Shown: positions 1 to 12,728, numbered from the stretch's first letter. The stretch: 64,000 nucleotides of DNA from Eledone cirrhosa (GCA_964016885.1 OZ024741.1:22754001-22818000), one strand, 5' to 3'. Notes: generated from the letters alone by a model not told the origin. Made by a program: numbers and translations.

Positions 1-728
1 AAGGAATTCCTTTTAACATAGCAAGGCGCATCTGAACCATCGTAACACACCCCACACTACTATTCAAATAAAACCGGCAGGAGGGGATTTTTACAACCAC
101 TTTCTTAAACACCATTATCTTAATGTCAACCTCACCATTGTCTGTGTGTCTGTGTGTGTGTGTCTGTGTGTCTGTGTCTGTGTGTGTGTGTGTGTGTGTG
201 TATGCTTTAATTCCTTTAAATCTTCAACTCATTAACACCACACCCCAGATACATCCAAATCTCTCTTATATGGAGTCACACATCACAACACAACCTGATC
301 TCAGTTTGACAGTCGCCACCGAAGAATGCGAGAAAGTTCTCCAAGAAAGTTAACCAGGAATCTTTTAAATTCTTCCCACCGAACTTAACAAAGAACTTAC
401 TAGATCTACCAACTCAATATTATAATATAAAATTAAATCAAATTATTTAGCACTATTCAAATATGTATATATGCTTAAATATACATATATATATATATAT
501 ATGGATATACATATATATAGACGCAGTCAAGGAAGACCACCAAAATCATGGGCGTAGGTGGTGAGAGCAGACCTCAGATTGCTGAAAATCACAGAGGAGG
601 TGACAATTGGAGAGATGCTGTGCTGAATAGGACCCGTCCCACCCTTGCAAACAGAGAAAAGCAGGCATAAAATGATGATGTATATATGTTTACATATATA
701 TATATATACACACACACATACATATATG

Positions 729-880
729 TCTACTATATAAATGGCAATTTCTGTCTGTCTGTATATAACCAGTTGGCGCCGACACCAGTGATCCAATCCT
801 GATGAAACTTTACACACATGTTAAGATAATATTCAGAAACAGGACTGGCTAATTGGATTTCAATAAAAATCAATAATGGA
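729..880 (+). mobile_element. 5' part of a non-autonomous Helitron-like element
   Basis: Starts TCTACTATATAAA after an AT microsatellite, then (TCTG)n and CCAATCCTGATGAAACTTTACACAC, resembling DINE-1/Lep1-type 5' ends. No 3' CTAG end identified. Confidence 0.45.
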
Positions 881-1384
881 ACCTCCTGGGGACATCTTTA
901 CAATGGAGGAGGAAAGAGATGTTTCAGTGAGAGGGGAAAGAGGAGATACTACTACTGTATGTTAAACCCTCCCTCCCACTACTCCCCTTAGGTTACATTA
1001 AGGTCAACTGCAGGAATCGGTGATAAGTTACAAAAAAGTGTGATAATCAATGACCTGGAAGTTGGCTTACCATGAGATTAGTCCGAAGAATAAAACCCAA
1101 ATCGTATGTTGACAAATATTCATACTCCCGGCATGTTAATTGTAACATGCCGTCTTTGAGAGTAGAGTTTATTTTGTCAATATTTCGAGGTGTTGGATCG
1201 TGGGAAGATTAACATGAATTAAGATCTAACTTCTCCATTATTGACACTTTGCAACAGTGAACGTTACAAGGCCCTCTTTAGGGCCAACACTTCTGATTGT
1301 TTATCCAACTTATTATGGTGTGTTTTCTCGGGTTATGCCTACTATAGGGGGAAAACGGGATGGTTTTATTGAATTTACTTCCTT

Positions 1385-2880
1385 TTGCACCAGCTTTCTT
1401 TCTTCTTTCAATACTGTCTCAACAATGGTGCTACTCCAGAGCAGTGGAAAACTGCCAGTGTCATTCCCCTGTTCAAAAAGGGCAACCGCATGTCACCTGT
1501 CAACTATCGTCCAGTCAGTCTTACTAGCTGTATTGCCAAACTGATGGAATCCTGTGTCAGAGAAACACTTTGGAACTTCTGGAACTCTCACAGCCTCATC
1601 CGGCCCTCGCAGTTTGGATTTATCCCTAACTCCAGCTGCTGTGATCAGCTTATCGAGTTCCTTGAAGACATTACCCGGATCACTGACAGCGGCTCATGGG
1701 TGGATGTTGTTTATCTTGACTTCGATAAGGCTTTTAATTCTGTGCCACACAAGAGACTTATGGCAAAACTCTCTGCAATGGGTGTGAGGGATGATCTTTT
1801 TAACTGGTTGAAATCCTTCATTCTCAGCCGAAAAGAGGTAGTCACGCTTCTAGGACAGCATTCTTCACCATATGTGATGTCATCTGGTGTACCACAGGGA
1901 TCTGTTCTTGGTCCCCTTTTGTTTGTGGCATATATTAATGACATAGATGCCAACTTAAAGAATGCCACGGTACTGAAATATGCAGATGACATCAAGCTGT
2001 ACCTTGAAATCAAAAGACTGATCCTGAAATCCACAACTCTTTCCTACAATCAGACCTGGACACAATGCAGCAATGGATCACAAACTGGCAACTGAAGCTG
2101 GCTGTGGACAAGTGTACCACCATGCATTTTGGGAGGAAAAATCCAGCATCCACATACTCCCTCCACAACACTGATATCAAGAAGTCCTCTTGTGAACATG
2201 ACCTGGGCATTACTGTCAGCAGCGATTTGCGCTGGACAAAGCATGTCTCTAAGATTGTCAAGCGGGTCAAGGGTGTCTTGGCATCATTCAGCAAGACCTT
2301 TGTTAGCAGCTCTCCAGCCATCTATTTAAAGCTGTATACAGCTATGGTACGACCACACTTGGAATTCGCATCATCAGTCTGGAACCCTATCTTGCTCAGA
2401 ACATTGACCTCCTGGAAACTGTTCAGAGACGTACAACCAAGCGCATACCCTCCATCATTGAAGCTCCGACGTCTGGCAAACACCCACAAAGTTATTAACC
2501 ATCTCACCAACAACAACCCTGAGCACCTTTTTGATCTCCATGTGTCTAACACATGTGGACATGCCTACAAAATCAGAAAACAGCACAGCTCCCATGACTT
2601 TCGTAAACATTTTTTCACGCTCAGAGTTGCTGAAGCATGGAACAAACTGCCTGCATCAGTTGTTAGCTGCCGAGACACTGCATCCTTTAAAACCATCATG
2701 CTTCCCGAAATACGCCAAAACTACACCTGATATACACGTGTGTATGGAAGGGGTACATCATGACTCATGCACTGTTCATTTTCTTGACGTTTGTACATTA
2801 CCCTATGTACTATACATACACTTTTTTATGAGTTGTAGTGCACCTGAGCACTGTACACAATATTTCATTATTATTATTAT
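1385..2880 (+). mobile_element. 5'-truncated CR1-group LINE (RT domain, frameshifted)
   Basis: NYRPVSLTS, QFGF, YLDFDKAFNSV, SGVPQGSVLGPLLF, YADD and C-terminal HFFTLRVAEAWNKLP motifs; ends in an (ATT)n tail. Confidence 0.93.
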
Positions 2881-3254
2881 AGACTGGACAATCAAGAGTT
2901 AGAGACATAGGTTATTGCTGCTAGACCATATATTGTGAAATATATATTAAAACTTTCATAAAAAATATATATTTTAGCCTGTTAAAAAAACATATTGCAA
3001 TTTCCTTTTCATGCTGCAAAAACTGGTGATGGGCCTGCATCCTGGGAGACGTGGAAAGATTGCATATTCTGAGACTCCAAAGAGGGTTCGGAAGGGAACA
3101 AACCGTGACATCAAAAATATATGATATTCCAGAGTGATGCTGACAGATTTTGAAAAAGAATTCCCATAACAAGATACCTCTCACATTTTCTCTTTTAATG
3201 AAAATAATTAATCTTTTGAAAGACATTTAGGTCGCCTGAGATTTCTTGGGTAAA

Positions 3255-3474
3255 TCATACATGAATAGATATTAGAGGAACTGATGTAGTGTGGAAGAGA
3301 GAAATAATTATAACAAAGAATGATGTGACTATGAACAACATTCCTATAAATAGAAGTTTAGGAGAGAAAACTGTCCAAATAAAGAGATGAGATCGCTGGA
3401 AAAATACTAATAGGGTGTACGCTGGAACTGATGAAGTCACAAACAGCATCAAAGATAAACTGGCAATAGAGAGT
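3255..3474 (-). CDS. PIGG: PIGG coding exon 13 (last)
   Basis: C-terminal motif QRSHLFIWTVFSPKLL and TGA at 3257-3255. The 13 exons sum to 2946 nt = 981 aa + stop. Confidence 0.93.
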
Positions 3475-5324
3475 CTGCAAAGAAAAAAATGAAAATGGGG
3501 ATGAAATATTGATATAAAAAAGTTGTGGGTAGCACAAACCAAGAGAACAATATAATTTCTAAACCCATTGATAAAGAAATACAGAGGAACTTAGGTTCAT
3601 TAAGGCCTCTCATCACAAACAATTTTTCTAAACATAAAATGTCTCGAGTAATGAACACACAAGCCAGCAATATCTGTTGCCAACAAGCTGGGAGTATCAG
3701 CAGGAAAGTGTCACTTGCTGTGTAGTTAGTTACTAGGGTGATATCTGTCTTTCACACACTCTCTCTCTCTCAATATTTCCTATGGAAAAAATAGTTTCGG
3801 TTTACGGACATTTCAAGTGACGAACAGTCTCCAGAAATGAATTAAGTTCATGAACTGAGGTTCCACTGTATTGGGCACAAGACAATATTTCTAACTCTTT
3901 CACTACCATATTTCTACTAAAAAACTTTTGAAGGATTTAAATATAAATGGTCATGAATTTTGGGTAATGACCAAAAGAATACAATCGCAAATACAAAAGG
4001 CCGAAATAGGATCCCTCTGAAGGGTTTTTGGAGTAAAGGTACTCAACAGAGTGCATAGGTTAGAGATCAGCAAGTCACTCCGAGTAGGACCACTACTTCT
4101 CCGAATTGAGAGATCACAGCTCCAGTAATTTGAGCTTGTTAGAATGTCTCAGGAAAGAATCGCTGAACAGATTTTATGGGCAAAACCAACCAGAAAGAGA
4201 CCGAGGAGTATACCCCGAGCAAGATGGCTGGATAACATCCATGAACTTGGTTGGTCTTGCTTAGGGATCCAACCAGATCAATTGGAGATACCTGCTTCTG
4301 ACAGGACCTACTGAAAGAAGTGTTTGAGGATTCTTCTCCAACAACACTCTCAGGAATAAGTGGGCAAAAAAGAACTGTCTTAATACCAGGCTGGTGTTTG
4401 GAGCATAATTTAACAAAGGTTCTTACATAAAATTAAGGTGGAAGGTTTTTAGATAAATATAAACACTTTCAAATGTATCATAGTGTTGGTGATCTACACA
4501 ATAAACACACCTAGTACACACTGTAAAGTCGGTGGTGATATGAAGGGCATCCAGCCATAGAAAGCTTGGCAAACAAAGAGTTGAGAGAACCCTCAGTTGT
4601 GTCGAAGTCATGACAACCTATCCTGAGCACTCAATGGAATGTGAGACTGTACATAAGCAAGACACAGATCCCTGGCTTGCTTGGGAGATCAGTAATTCTG
4701 CTTCAGTACGGACTTGGCCTATATAGACCCATTCAACCCTTGCTAACAGGGAAAGCGGATGATGATAATGCTGAACTAGGGCCAATTTCAGGCAGGTTGG
4801 TATCAAAAATTTAAGGTGGAGATGTGACATTCTGATGATTATGCCTTTAACAGCATGAGTGAAGTGAAATAATTTTCAACAGGGAATCAAAACCAGGAAA
4901 ACAAACAGAAACTGGGTGTGTTTTGTTGTGTCCCCTACACAACCACTTTACAGTGTAGGCTGGGTGCTTTTTTCCATGTGGCACTTTGTGTGTTAGTTCC
5001 AGCAATATTTGAACAGAGAATAAAGAATACTGAGTATATTATAGTTAAACATAAGGACCCATCCAACCTATGCAAGTGTGGAAAAATGGCCGTGACGACG
5101 ATGATGATGATTAAATATCTCAACCATTCTCACAGTATTTATAAATGTTAATACAATTGATGCTATATTAAAGAGAAGCAGTACGGTGCTGTATAGGTTA
5201 CTATTGCAGCCATTAAAGTTTCAATCCCACATATTTAGGTTTAGAAATACAAGATGGCTATTTGTCAACTGATCAAAAACAAATTCAAATCAATGTTAAA
5301 ACAAAGATCTGTTAAACACCTTAC

Positions 5325-5506
5325 CTATTAGTCATTTGTTTGTGTTGTGAAGTGCTAAGTAAGTGTTTAACCAAATTGGTATACCAGAACATCATGCCAG
5401 AATATGTAGCCAATGTTAGCAGTAATCCCACATAGAATGGTTGATAGTGGGTAGAACCAAAATATCCTGCTGCAACATCTACAGAACTGAGACTGTTGGA
5501 ATGACC
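5325..5506 (-). CDS. PIGG: PIGG coding exon 12
   Basis: GHSNSLSSVDVAAGYFG, a GNSNSxxTxD-like motif; CAG acceptor and GTAAGG donor; 182 nt. Confidence 0.93.
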
Positions 5507-5664
5507 CTGCAATATTTACATTCAAATATTAAGTATAACAATTGAATTCATAGCAAATGGAAACAGATATTGTTATATGTGGGGAGGGGGTGATGTCCTA
5601 ATATCGTCAAAAATAGTAAAACACACTCACTGTTTGGTTTCGTCTTTGCTTTAGTATATTTTTA

Positions 5665-6005
5665 TCATCATCATCATTTTACGTCCGCTTTTCCCTGCTT
5701 ACAAGGGTGGGACGGGTCCTATTCAGCACAGCATCTCTCCACTTCGTCATCTCCTCCGTGAGCTTCAGCAATCTGAGGTCTGCTCTCACCACCTTCGCCC
5801 ATGTTTTTCGTGGTCTTCCTCTACTGCGTCTTCCTTCTACTGGGATTTCTTGGCACTTCTTTACCCAGCGGTCATCCTCCATGAGCATCACATGTCCATA
5901 CCATCTCAGTCTTCTCTCCTGCACACTACAACATATCCCTCTTATACCTAGTTTCTCTCTCAACTCATCTATGCTTGGTCGTTCACGCACATTGACATTG
6001 CACAA
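5665..6005 (-). mobile_element. RTE LINE 3' fragment; related pieces near 530-680, 8030-8525, 19215-19395, 26030-26255, 34980-35500, 45900-46095, 46845-47345
   Basis: RRLRWYGHVM...GRPRKTW motif followed by a (GAT)n tail. Confidence 0.88.
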
Positions 6006-6010
6006 CCCAA

Positions 6011-6208
6011 TAAATGATTTAGCTGGCAATCAATGTTTATCATTGATTGACCAACAGTTAAAATTATAAATATAATTTCTCAAAATTTATAATTTTAACT
6101 ATTTATTATTGATTGACTAATAGTTATTATAAACTTTGAAAAATGATATTTATAATTTTAACTGTTGGTCAATCAATGATAAACATTGAATGCCAGATAA
6201 ATTATTTA
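6011..6208. repeat. Long imperfect palindrome (~95-bp arms)
   Basis: CAATGTTTATCATTGATTGACCAACAGTTAAAATTATAAATAT and its reverse complement flank a short centre. Confidence 0.92.
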
Positions 6209-7283
6209 TAAAAATATAAAAATATACTGAACTGAAGCAAAGATGAAACCAAACAGTGAGTATGTTTTACTATTTTTGGCAATATTAGGACAACATGACC
6301 CTCCTCCAATATAACAATATCTGTTTCAACATACAATTTCATATAAAAAAAAATTTGCAAAACAAATACATTACCGGAAGTAGAATTATTACTGCTCAAT
6401 TGGAGAAGTTTAACAGAACATATTTAGTAGAAGTTAAAGTAAAGGTCGCATAGAAGTCTTTCATGTTTAGGAAAGTCTAAAAGTCTCTAAATTCTGTCTC
6501 AAGACAGAAGGCTCCTTAGGTCGGTGCTTATTCCACTAGATCGCTTCCCCTGGACAGGATACCAGTCCATCGCAGTGTTAAACCCCCCAGTTATTGCTGG
6601 TACTCATTTTCAGATGAGTATACTGGACTAACGTGAAATGAAGTATGCAACCCAGCCAGGGAATCGAACCCACAACATTATGATCGTAAATCCAACACCC
6701 TTACCACTAGGCCACATACCTCCACAGTAGTATTCCTAAATTAATCAATACTTCCAGACATTCTTTATCTCATCTTCTGAATTATGTTATTATCAGTGAC
6801 CCTTAATAGCAACTTTACCGAGGTGAGGTCTCTATATGTAAAATAGCACTTACCCAGCGGAAATATAAATGGTGCCACAATAATTGTTTTTACTTTTGGC
6901 ACAAGGCCAGCAATTATCCCAGTGCATTACTGGTACTTTATTTTATTGACTCCGTAAGGATGAAAGGCAAAGTTAACCTTGGCGGGTTTGAACTCAGACC
7001 ATAAAGGGGCGTAACTCTTTGCTGAAAGGCCTGGCGTCCGACCTTGTAATGGTGCCACAATAATGATGTGCTCATGGCACTTGCCAATACTTTGGATGAA
7101 GAAAGACACAAGCAATATAAAAGACAGGGGAAACTAACCCCATCAATGAGATGTGTGAGAGAAGGAGTGAAGTCATTTACAACAAACAAATTAATAAAAA
7201 CATTTTACTGAGAGTAACATCGAAAAACAGATGTACAAGATACACACAAGAGGTTTTGGGACCTTTATCAGAAAGACATTTAT

Positions 7284-7502
7284 TTAACCCTTTACCTTTT
7301 ACATAACTCTATATTTACTATTATATTTTCATGATAAAGGCTTTACTTCACATAATTATCTCACATAATATCAAATCTATGAGATTTTGATTTTATTTAT
7401 TTTGAGAACAATACCTTTACATCAGTACGAGTGGCCAGTTATGGCCAGTTTTAACAGAAAGAGATGAGAGAATTCTGGCTGGATTAGATGCTAAAGGGTT
7501 AA
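7284..7502. mobile_element. piggyBac-type MITE; further copies at 12494-12929, 17761-17989, 30724-30942, 38835-38992, 46163-46468, 49762-51136
   Basis: TTAA-CCCTTTA...TAAAGGG-TTAA termini and a shared ~220-bp interior. Confidence 0.85.
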
Positions 7503-7581
7503 CTCAGATCAACAACAAAACTTCTTGAGTGTACTTCATAAAACAGCAAGAAAAAATAAAATATAATATGTTATAGATTAC

Positions 7582-7927
7582 CTGATAGAAAAATGTAGCA
7601 TTTGCCATCCATGTATATATTAAAGAGATACACCAAGGAGGAAGCTGAACTGTGGGAAGGATGTAGTAGCTGAGAGTGACTTCTTGAAGTACTGCGATAG
7701 CAATAATAGCTATATTGTGTGGTTGAGAGGTGAGAAACAATGATAATATAATACATACAGACTGCAGGCATATCATAAAAGACTTTGGTAGAGTTGAGCT
7801 ATTATGAGTTGTTTTAATATTGGAACTGCCGTTCTGTTGATGAAAATGTTGCCATTTGTAGTTCAATAAGACCTCCACTAACATCAGTATAATGCACCAC
7901 TTTATCAAGCAAGCCTCGTTCACACCT
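7582..7927 (-). CDS. PIGG: PIGG coding exon 11
   Basis: GVNEACLIKWCII...QPHNIA...WMANATFFYQ; TAG acceptor and GTAATC donor; 346 nt. Confidence 0.9.
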
Positions 7928-9109
7928 CTAGAAAATAATTTATAGAAACAAATCAGAATTAGCAACTTGTATAAAATTTCTGTAGAGAAAAATTAATTTT
8001 TCATTTCTTTTGTTTAGTCTTCTACATACATAACAGCTAGAATAAGGATAGGGTGAAAGAAGTTTAGAGAGTTGCTCCCACTGTTGACTACAAAAGGTTT
8101 CTTCCTATGTACAAAAGGATGACTGTATGAGACCTGTGTGTGAAGTGTGATGCTGCATGGTAGTGAAACATGGACAGTGACTGTAGAAGACATGTGTAGA
8201 CTGGAGAGAAATGAAGCAGCCATACTCGGTTGGATGTGCAATGTAAACGTGAGAGAATGGCAGAGCTTGGAGGAACTGAGGGAGAAACTGGGTTTACCAG
8301 GAATCCAAAGTATTTGTGCAGGAGGGAAGACTGTGGTGGTACAGACATGTGATGCTCATGGATGATGACCGATGTGGGAAGAACTGTCAGGAAATGCCAG
8401 TGAATGGAAGCCACAGTAGAGGTAGAGCAAGAAAGACCTGGATAGAGCTGACCTAAATCGCTGAAATTCACAGAGGAGATGACGTAGGTATGTGGCAAGT
8501 GGAGAGATGCTGTGCTGAGAAAGACCTATCAATCTGCCAGTGATTCCAATCCAATTTTTGTGTAAAAGTTTGCATTGAGTATACAGTACTGAGTTCCTAC
8601 CCTCTGCCATTCAACATATTATGTAAGGTCACTTCCAAGATGGTACTTCAATTTTGTGCCCTCTATTTGCTAATTAATACTGTTTGCCATGGTAACTATT
8701 CAGCCTTTCAACTCTTGACCATTTACAGCAACTCCTCAACAAAGATAAAATTGGTAATAACTTTAGACTTTGGCACAAGGCCATAAACCTGAAAGGAACA
8801 GAACAGTAGATAGAAGTGACCACAGTACATAATCCTGGTTGTTTTATTGTCCATGAAGAGATGAAGAGCAAAGACATCACTGGTAGGATTTAAACTTAGA
8901 ATATAAACAGTCATAACTAGATGACACAAAACATTTAGTCTGATGCTCTGCTGTTTCTGTTTCTTGATGATAAGAGATAAAGTCTACTGTTTCTGATCTT
9001 GATGATAAGAGATAAAGTCATGCATTTTGTGAGGAGATTAAAGTTGATTAAATTGACTCCAGTCCTTCACTAGTATGTAATTTATCATTCCCCAAAATAA
9101 AGCCAGAAT

Positions 9110-9315
9110 GTAAATAGACAAAAATTTGAACCCAGATCTAAAGAGATATAAATTTGAACTTAGATTTAAAGAGACATAAATCTGAACCCAGATCTATATA
9201 GACATAAATTTGAATCCAGATCAAAATAGACAAATTTGAAACTAGGTCAAAATAGACAAATTTGAACCCAGATTTAAATAGACATAAATTTGAACTCAAA
9301 TTTAAATGGACATAA
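9110..9315. repeat. ~27-bp degenerate tandem repeat
   Basis: Recurring AAATAGACA(T)AAATTTGAACCCAGATCT. Confidence 0.8.
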
Positions 9316-10042
9316 TAGAAGTTGCAAGGAATTCTGAGCAACATGCTATCAATTCTGCCAATAATAATAATAAAGAGCAGCATATACCTACCCATAAAAC
9401 ACCGACAACAAAACTTATAACAATCCAAACAGGACATCCTACCAACCTCCCTTATACCAATAGCTCCCTCTTTAAAATACCCTTTCCTCAGATTAATGAA
9501 CCAAAATAAACCTAATGAAGGCACAAAGAATCGCAATGAAGAGATAGAACAAAGTTAGGTGAGAAGATTGTCAGTATTAAGAAGTTGATTAATTATATTA
9601 TTTAGGATATTAAGTTACAGGTAAATATGAAAGCTGCACTTCTCTGTGAAGTACATTTGGTCTCTCATTTAGTGTGTAATACCTTGTGGTCCTGAAGATT
9701 ACACCTTATTTTCTGGTTATAATTCTGGATGAGAAAGAATTTTCAAAATTAAGGTATTACCATGATCACTACAACCATCGCCAGTTGAATAATGTCAAAG
9801 TTATTTTACTAAATCTCTCGAAATTCTTGATTATTTTGAAAATTATTTAAAACATATAGGAAATGTATTTCATTAGAAAGGATTAAGATACAGGATCCAG
9901 CTGGATCAGTTGGAGACGGTTGCTTCTGACGGGACCCACTGGAAGAAGTGTTTGAGGACTCTGCCCCCACGACCCTCTTAGGAATAAGTGAAGAGAAGGA
10001 AGGATTAAGATACTATAGCAAATATCATTATTACTATCAATA

Positions 10043-10359
10043 CAGTGGAACCTTGGTTTACAAACGGCTCTTATCACAAACTAATCGGTTCACGGACAAT
10101 TTTTCCAAACATAAAACATCTCAAATAACAAACATGTAAAACGGCAATAATGGTTGGCAACTAGCTTGGAGTATCGGCAGGAAAGCATCAGTTGCTGTGT
10201 AGTTAGTTACTATGGTGATATCTGTCTTTCACACACAGTCTCTCTCTCTTTAACTGTATTTCTCTCTCAATGTATGGGAAAATAGATTCGGTTTACAGAC
10301 ATTTCAGGTGACGAACAACCTCCAGGGACGAAATAAGTCCATAAACCAAGGTTCCACTG
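10043..10359. mobile_element. Tc1/mariner(pogo)-type MITE; second copy at 3582-3868
   Basis: TIRs CAGTGGAACCTTGGTTTA / TAAACCAAGGTTCCACTG flanked by TA; the two copies share internal sequence. Confidence 0.88.
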
Positions 10360-10374
10360 TATTTATAATCTAGC

Positions 10375-12203
10375 GCAACTAATCAGAGGATGAATTGATC
10401 TAGATGAAATGCAGTTCGGGTTTGTGTCAGGTAAAAGTACCACAGACGCTCTTTTCATTGTACGACAACTACAGGAGAAGTACCTAGCTAAATGTAAACC
10501 CTATACTTAGCTTTTGTTGACTTGGAGAAAGCCTTTGACAGAGTCCCCCGCTCCATTATCTGGTGGGCTCTTAGAAAATTAGGTGTTGATGAATGGCTTG
10601 TGAGAGCTCATCAAGCCATGTATAAAGAAACAGTCAGCAAGGTTAGAATTAACAACGAATATAGTGAAGAGTTTAGCGTAAAAGTTGGTGTTCATTAGGG
10701 CTCCGTTCTTAGCCCCCTACTATTTATTATTGCCCTTCAGGCTATAACAGAGGAGTTCAAGACCGGCTGCCCATGGGAACTCCTATATGCAGATGATCTA
10801 ACGCTCATAGCTGAATCAATGGCTGAACTAGAGAAGAAATTCCAAACATGGAAGCATGGCTTAGAATCAAAAGGCCTTAAAGTTAACTTGTCTAAGACTA
10901 AAGTTCTAGTTTGTAGGAAGGAAAATAGGGCACCGGTCCCATCTGGGAAATGGCCATGCTCAGTGTGTAGGAAAGGAGTAGACAGAAACTCCATTTTATG
11001 TCCCAAATGCAAAGTATGGGTGCATAAAAGATGTAGTGGGATCACAGGTAAGCTAACTAAGAATATATATTTTATATGTGGCCAGTGTTCTGATGCAATA
11101 AGTAGCAGCAAGTGCCCACAGAATACTAGCTCATTCCATTGCCCAGATGGTTCTATAGAAATAGCGGACACCTTCCGCTACCTGGATGACAAAATCAGCA
11201 GTGGGGGAGGGTGCTCTGAAAGTACAGAACGGGATGGCCGCTAAAGGGTTCTCTCTAAAAATGAAAGGCAGGCTGTATGATGCCTGCATACGAACAGCAA
11301 TGTTACATGGCAGTGAGACCTGGGCATTGTGTGCAGAGGATATACTCAGACTGGAGAGGAACGAAGCTTGCATGCTCCTCTGGATGTGTAATAGTAATAT
11401 ACGTGAACGGCAAAGCATAAACGAACTAAGGGAGAAATTAGGAATAAGAGGGATCAGATGTTGTTTACTCGAGAGAAGACTACGTTGGTACGGTCACGTG
11501 ATGCACATGAAAGATGACAGCTGTATAAAAAAGTGCAGGTAGCCACGGAGTAGGCAGACCCAGAAAAACCTGGGACGACTTGATAAATTCCGACCTCACA
11601 CACTTACACCTCTCCAAGACAATGTCACTGGACCGAGATCTTTGGCGCTACACAGTAATACAGAAGACCCGCCTTGCCTAAGTACAAAGCAAAACCTAGT
11701 CAGTAGGCACCTCTAACAAAAATACACCCCTGTCCCACTACCGCCACCCCATATCCACACCACCCCCTTCAATCTGAAGTTATGTTGGTACCACAACATC
11801 TAGTCCGAAATAAATGAGGTTGTGTAGGTGTCACAACAAAAAAACACACAGTCCACGCTGTAATGTGGCCGTGTAGGTAACACGGTAAAACTTCCCAGTC
11901 CACACTGTAAACGTGGTTGGTGTTAGGAAGGGCATCCAGCCATAGAAAACCCGCCAGACGTGTAGGTGTCACGACAATAAAACACACAGTCCACGCTGTA
12001 ATGTGGCCGTGTAGGTAACACAGTAAAAACCTCCCAGTCCACACTGTAAACGTGGTTGGTGTTAGGAAGGGCATCCAACCGTAGAAAACCTGCCAGACAG
12101 TCCTATACGAGCAGGACAACCAATCTTGCTTCAAGTGGGAAAACTCCCGTCCAAACCCATGCAAGCGTTAAACGATGGACATTAAACGATGATGATGATG
12201 ATA
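10375..12203 (+). mobile_element. Degenerate RTE-clade LINE with a Cys/His finger after the RT core
   Basis: MQFGF, FVDLEKAFDRV, GVH*GS (stop), LLYADD, WPCSVC...CPKC..WVHKRC...CGQC and RLRWYGHVM motifs; (GAT)n tail. Confidence 0.92.
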
Positions 12204-12259
12204 TGACATCGGAAGAGACATACAAAAATAGGACACACCATTGAAGAAAATACACTTAC

Positions 12260-12454
12260 TTCTCACTAAATTGGTAGATAAAGATGGATGGTAATGAAAT
12301 GTGGTTACTAGCAGCATGGAATAAATAAGTTGATAGAAAGGCCACCAGCATCAATAAAAGATGGACTTTATTTTCCACTTGGTAAGATCGAACAATTAAT
12401 ATTAGAAGCAGGGAAACAGCACAAAGCATTGACAGAACTGTTTTGTTTTGAGAC
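12260..12454 (-). CDS. PIGG: PIGG coding exon 10
   Basis: Not in the ORF track. SQNKTVLSMLCAVSLLLILIV...; long pyrimidine tract with TAG acceptor and GTAAGT donor; 195 nt, phase 2 at both ends. Confidence 0.88.
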
Positions 12455-12537
12455 CTAGGAAAAGAAAAAGAAAAAAAAAAAGAGCTTTTTTTATTAACGC
12501 TTTAGCATTTACATTATTCTATATATACTATATACAG

Positions 12538-12728
12538 GGGCAGTGGATTGGCAGTAGGTAGAGGGTCGGACACCATGCTTTGATGCATAGAGTTACGGCC
12601 CTTGCCATTCTGAGTTCAAATCCCCACCGAGGTTAATTTTGCCTTTCATCCTTACGGGGTCGATAAAATAAAGTACCAGTAATGCACTGGGTAATTGCTG
12701 GCCTTGTGTCAAAAGTAGAAACAATTAT
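12538..12728 (+). mobile_element. tRNA-derived SINE with a Deu/Nin-like core; at least 11 more copies near 6880-7035, 15135-15300, 15325-15470, 15866-16050, 16418-16600, 18893-19078, 25146-25340, 25485-25685, 39114-39460, 46655-46800
   Basis: A-box-like TGGCAGTAGG, B-box GAGTTCAAATCC, core TTGCCTTTCATCCTTACGGGGTCGATAAAATAAAGTACCAG and an (ATT)n tail; many dispersed copies on both strands. Confidence 0.88.

Noticed and set aside
795-815. Hammerhead ribozyme core (CTGATGA followed by AAAC)
   Set aside because: No room for stem II and no supporting helices; better explained as a Helitron-like motif.
1257-1544. 95-aa ORF
   Set aside because: Chimeric across the LINE insertion boundary, with no recognisable motif.
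6650-6725. tRNA gene (also near 14770-14840 and 19450-19520)
   Set aside because: A and B boxes are present but there is no intact cloverleaf, and each continues into a SINE body.
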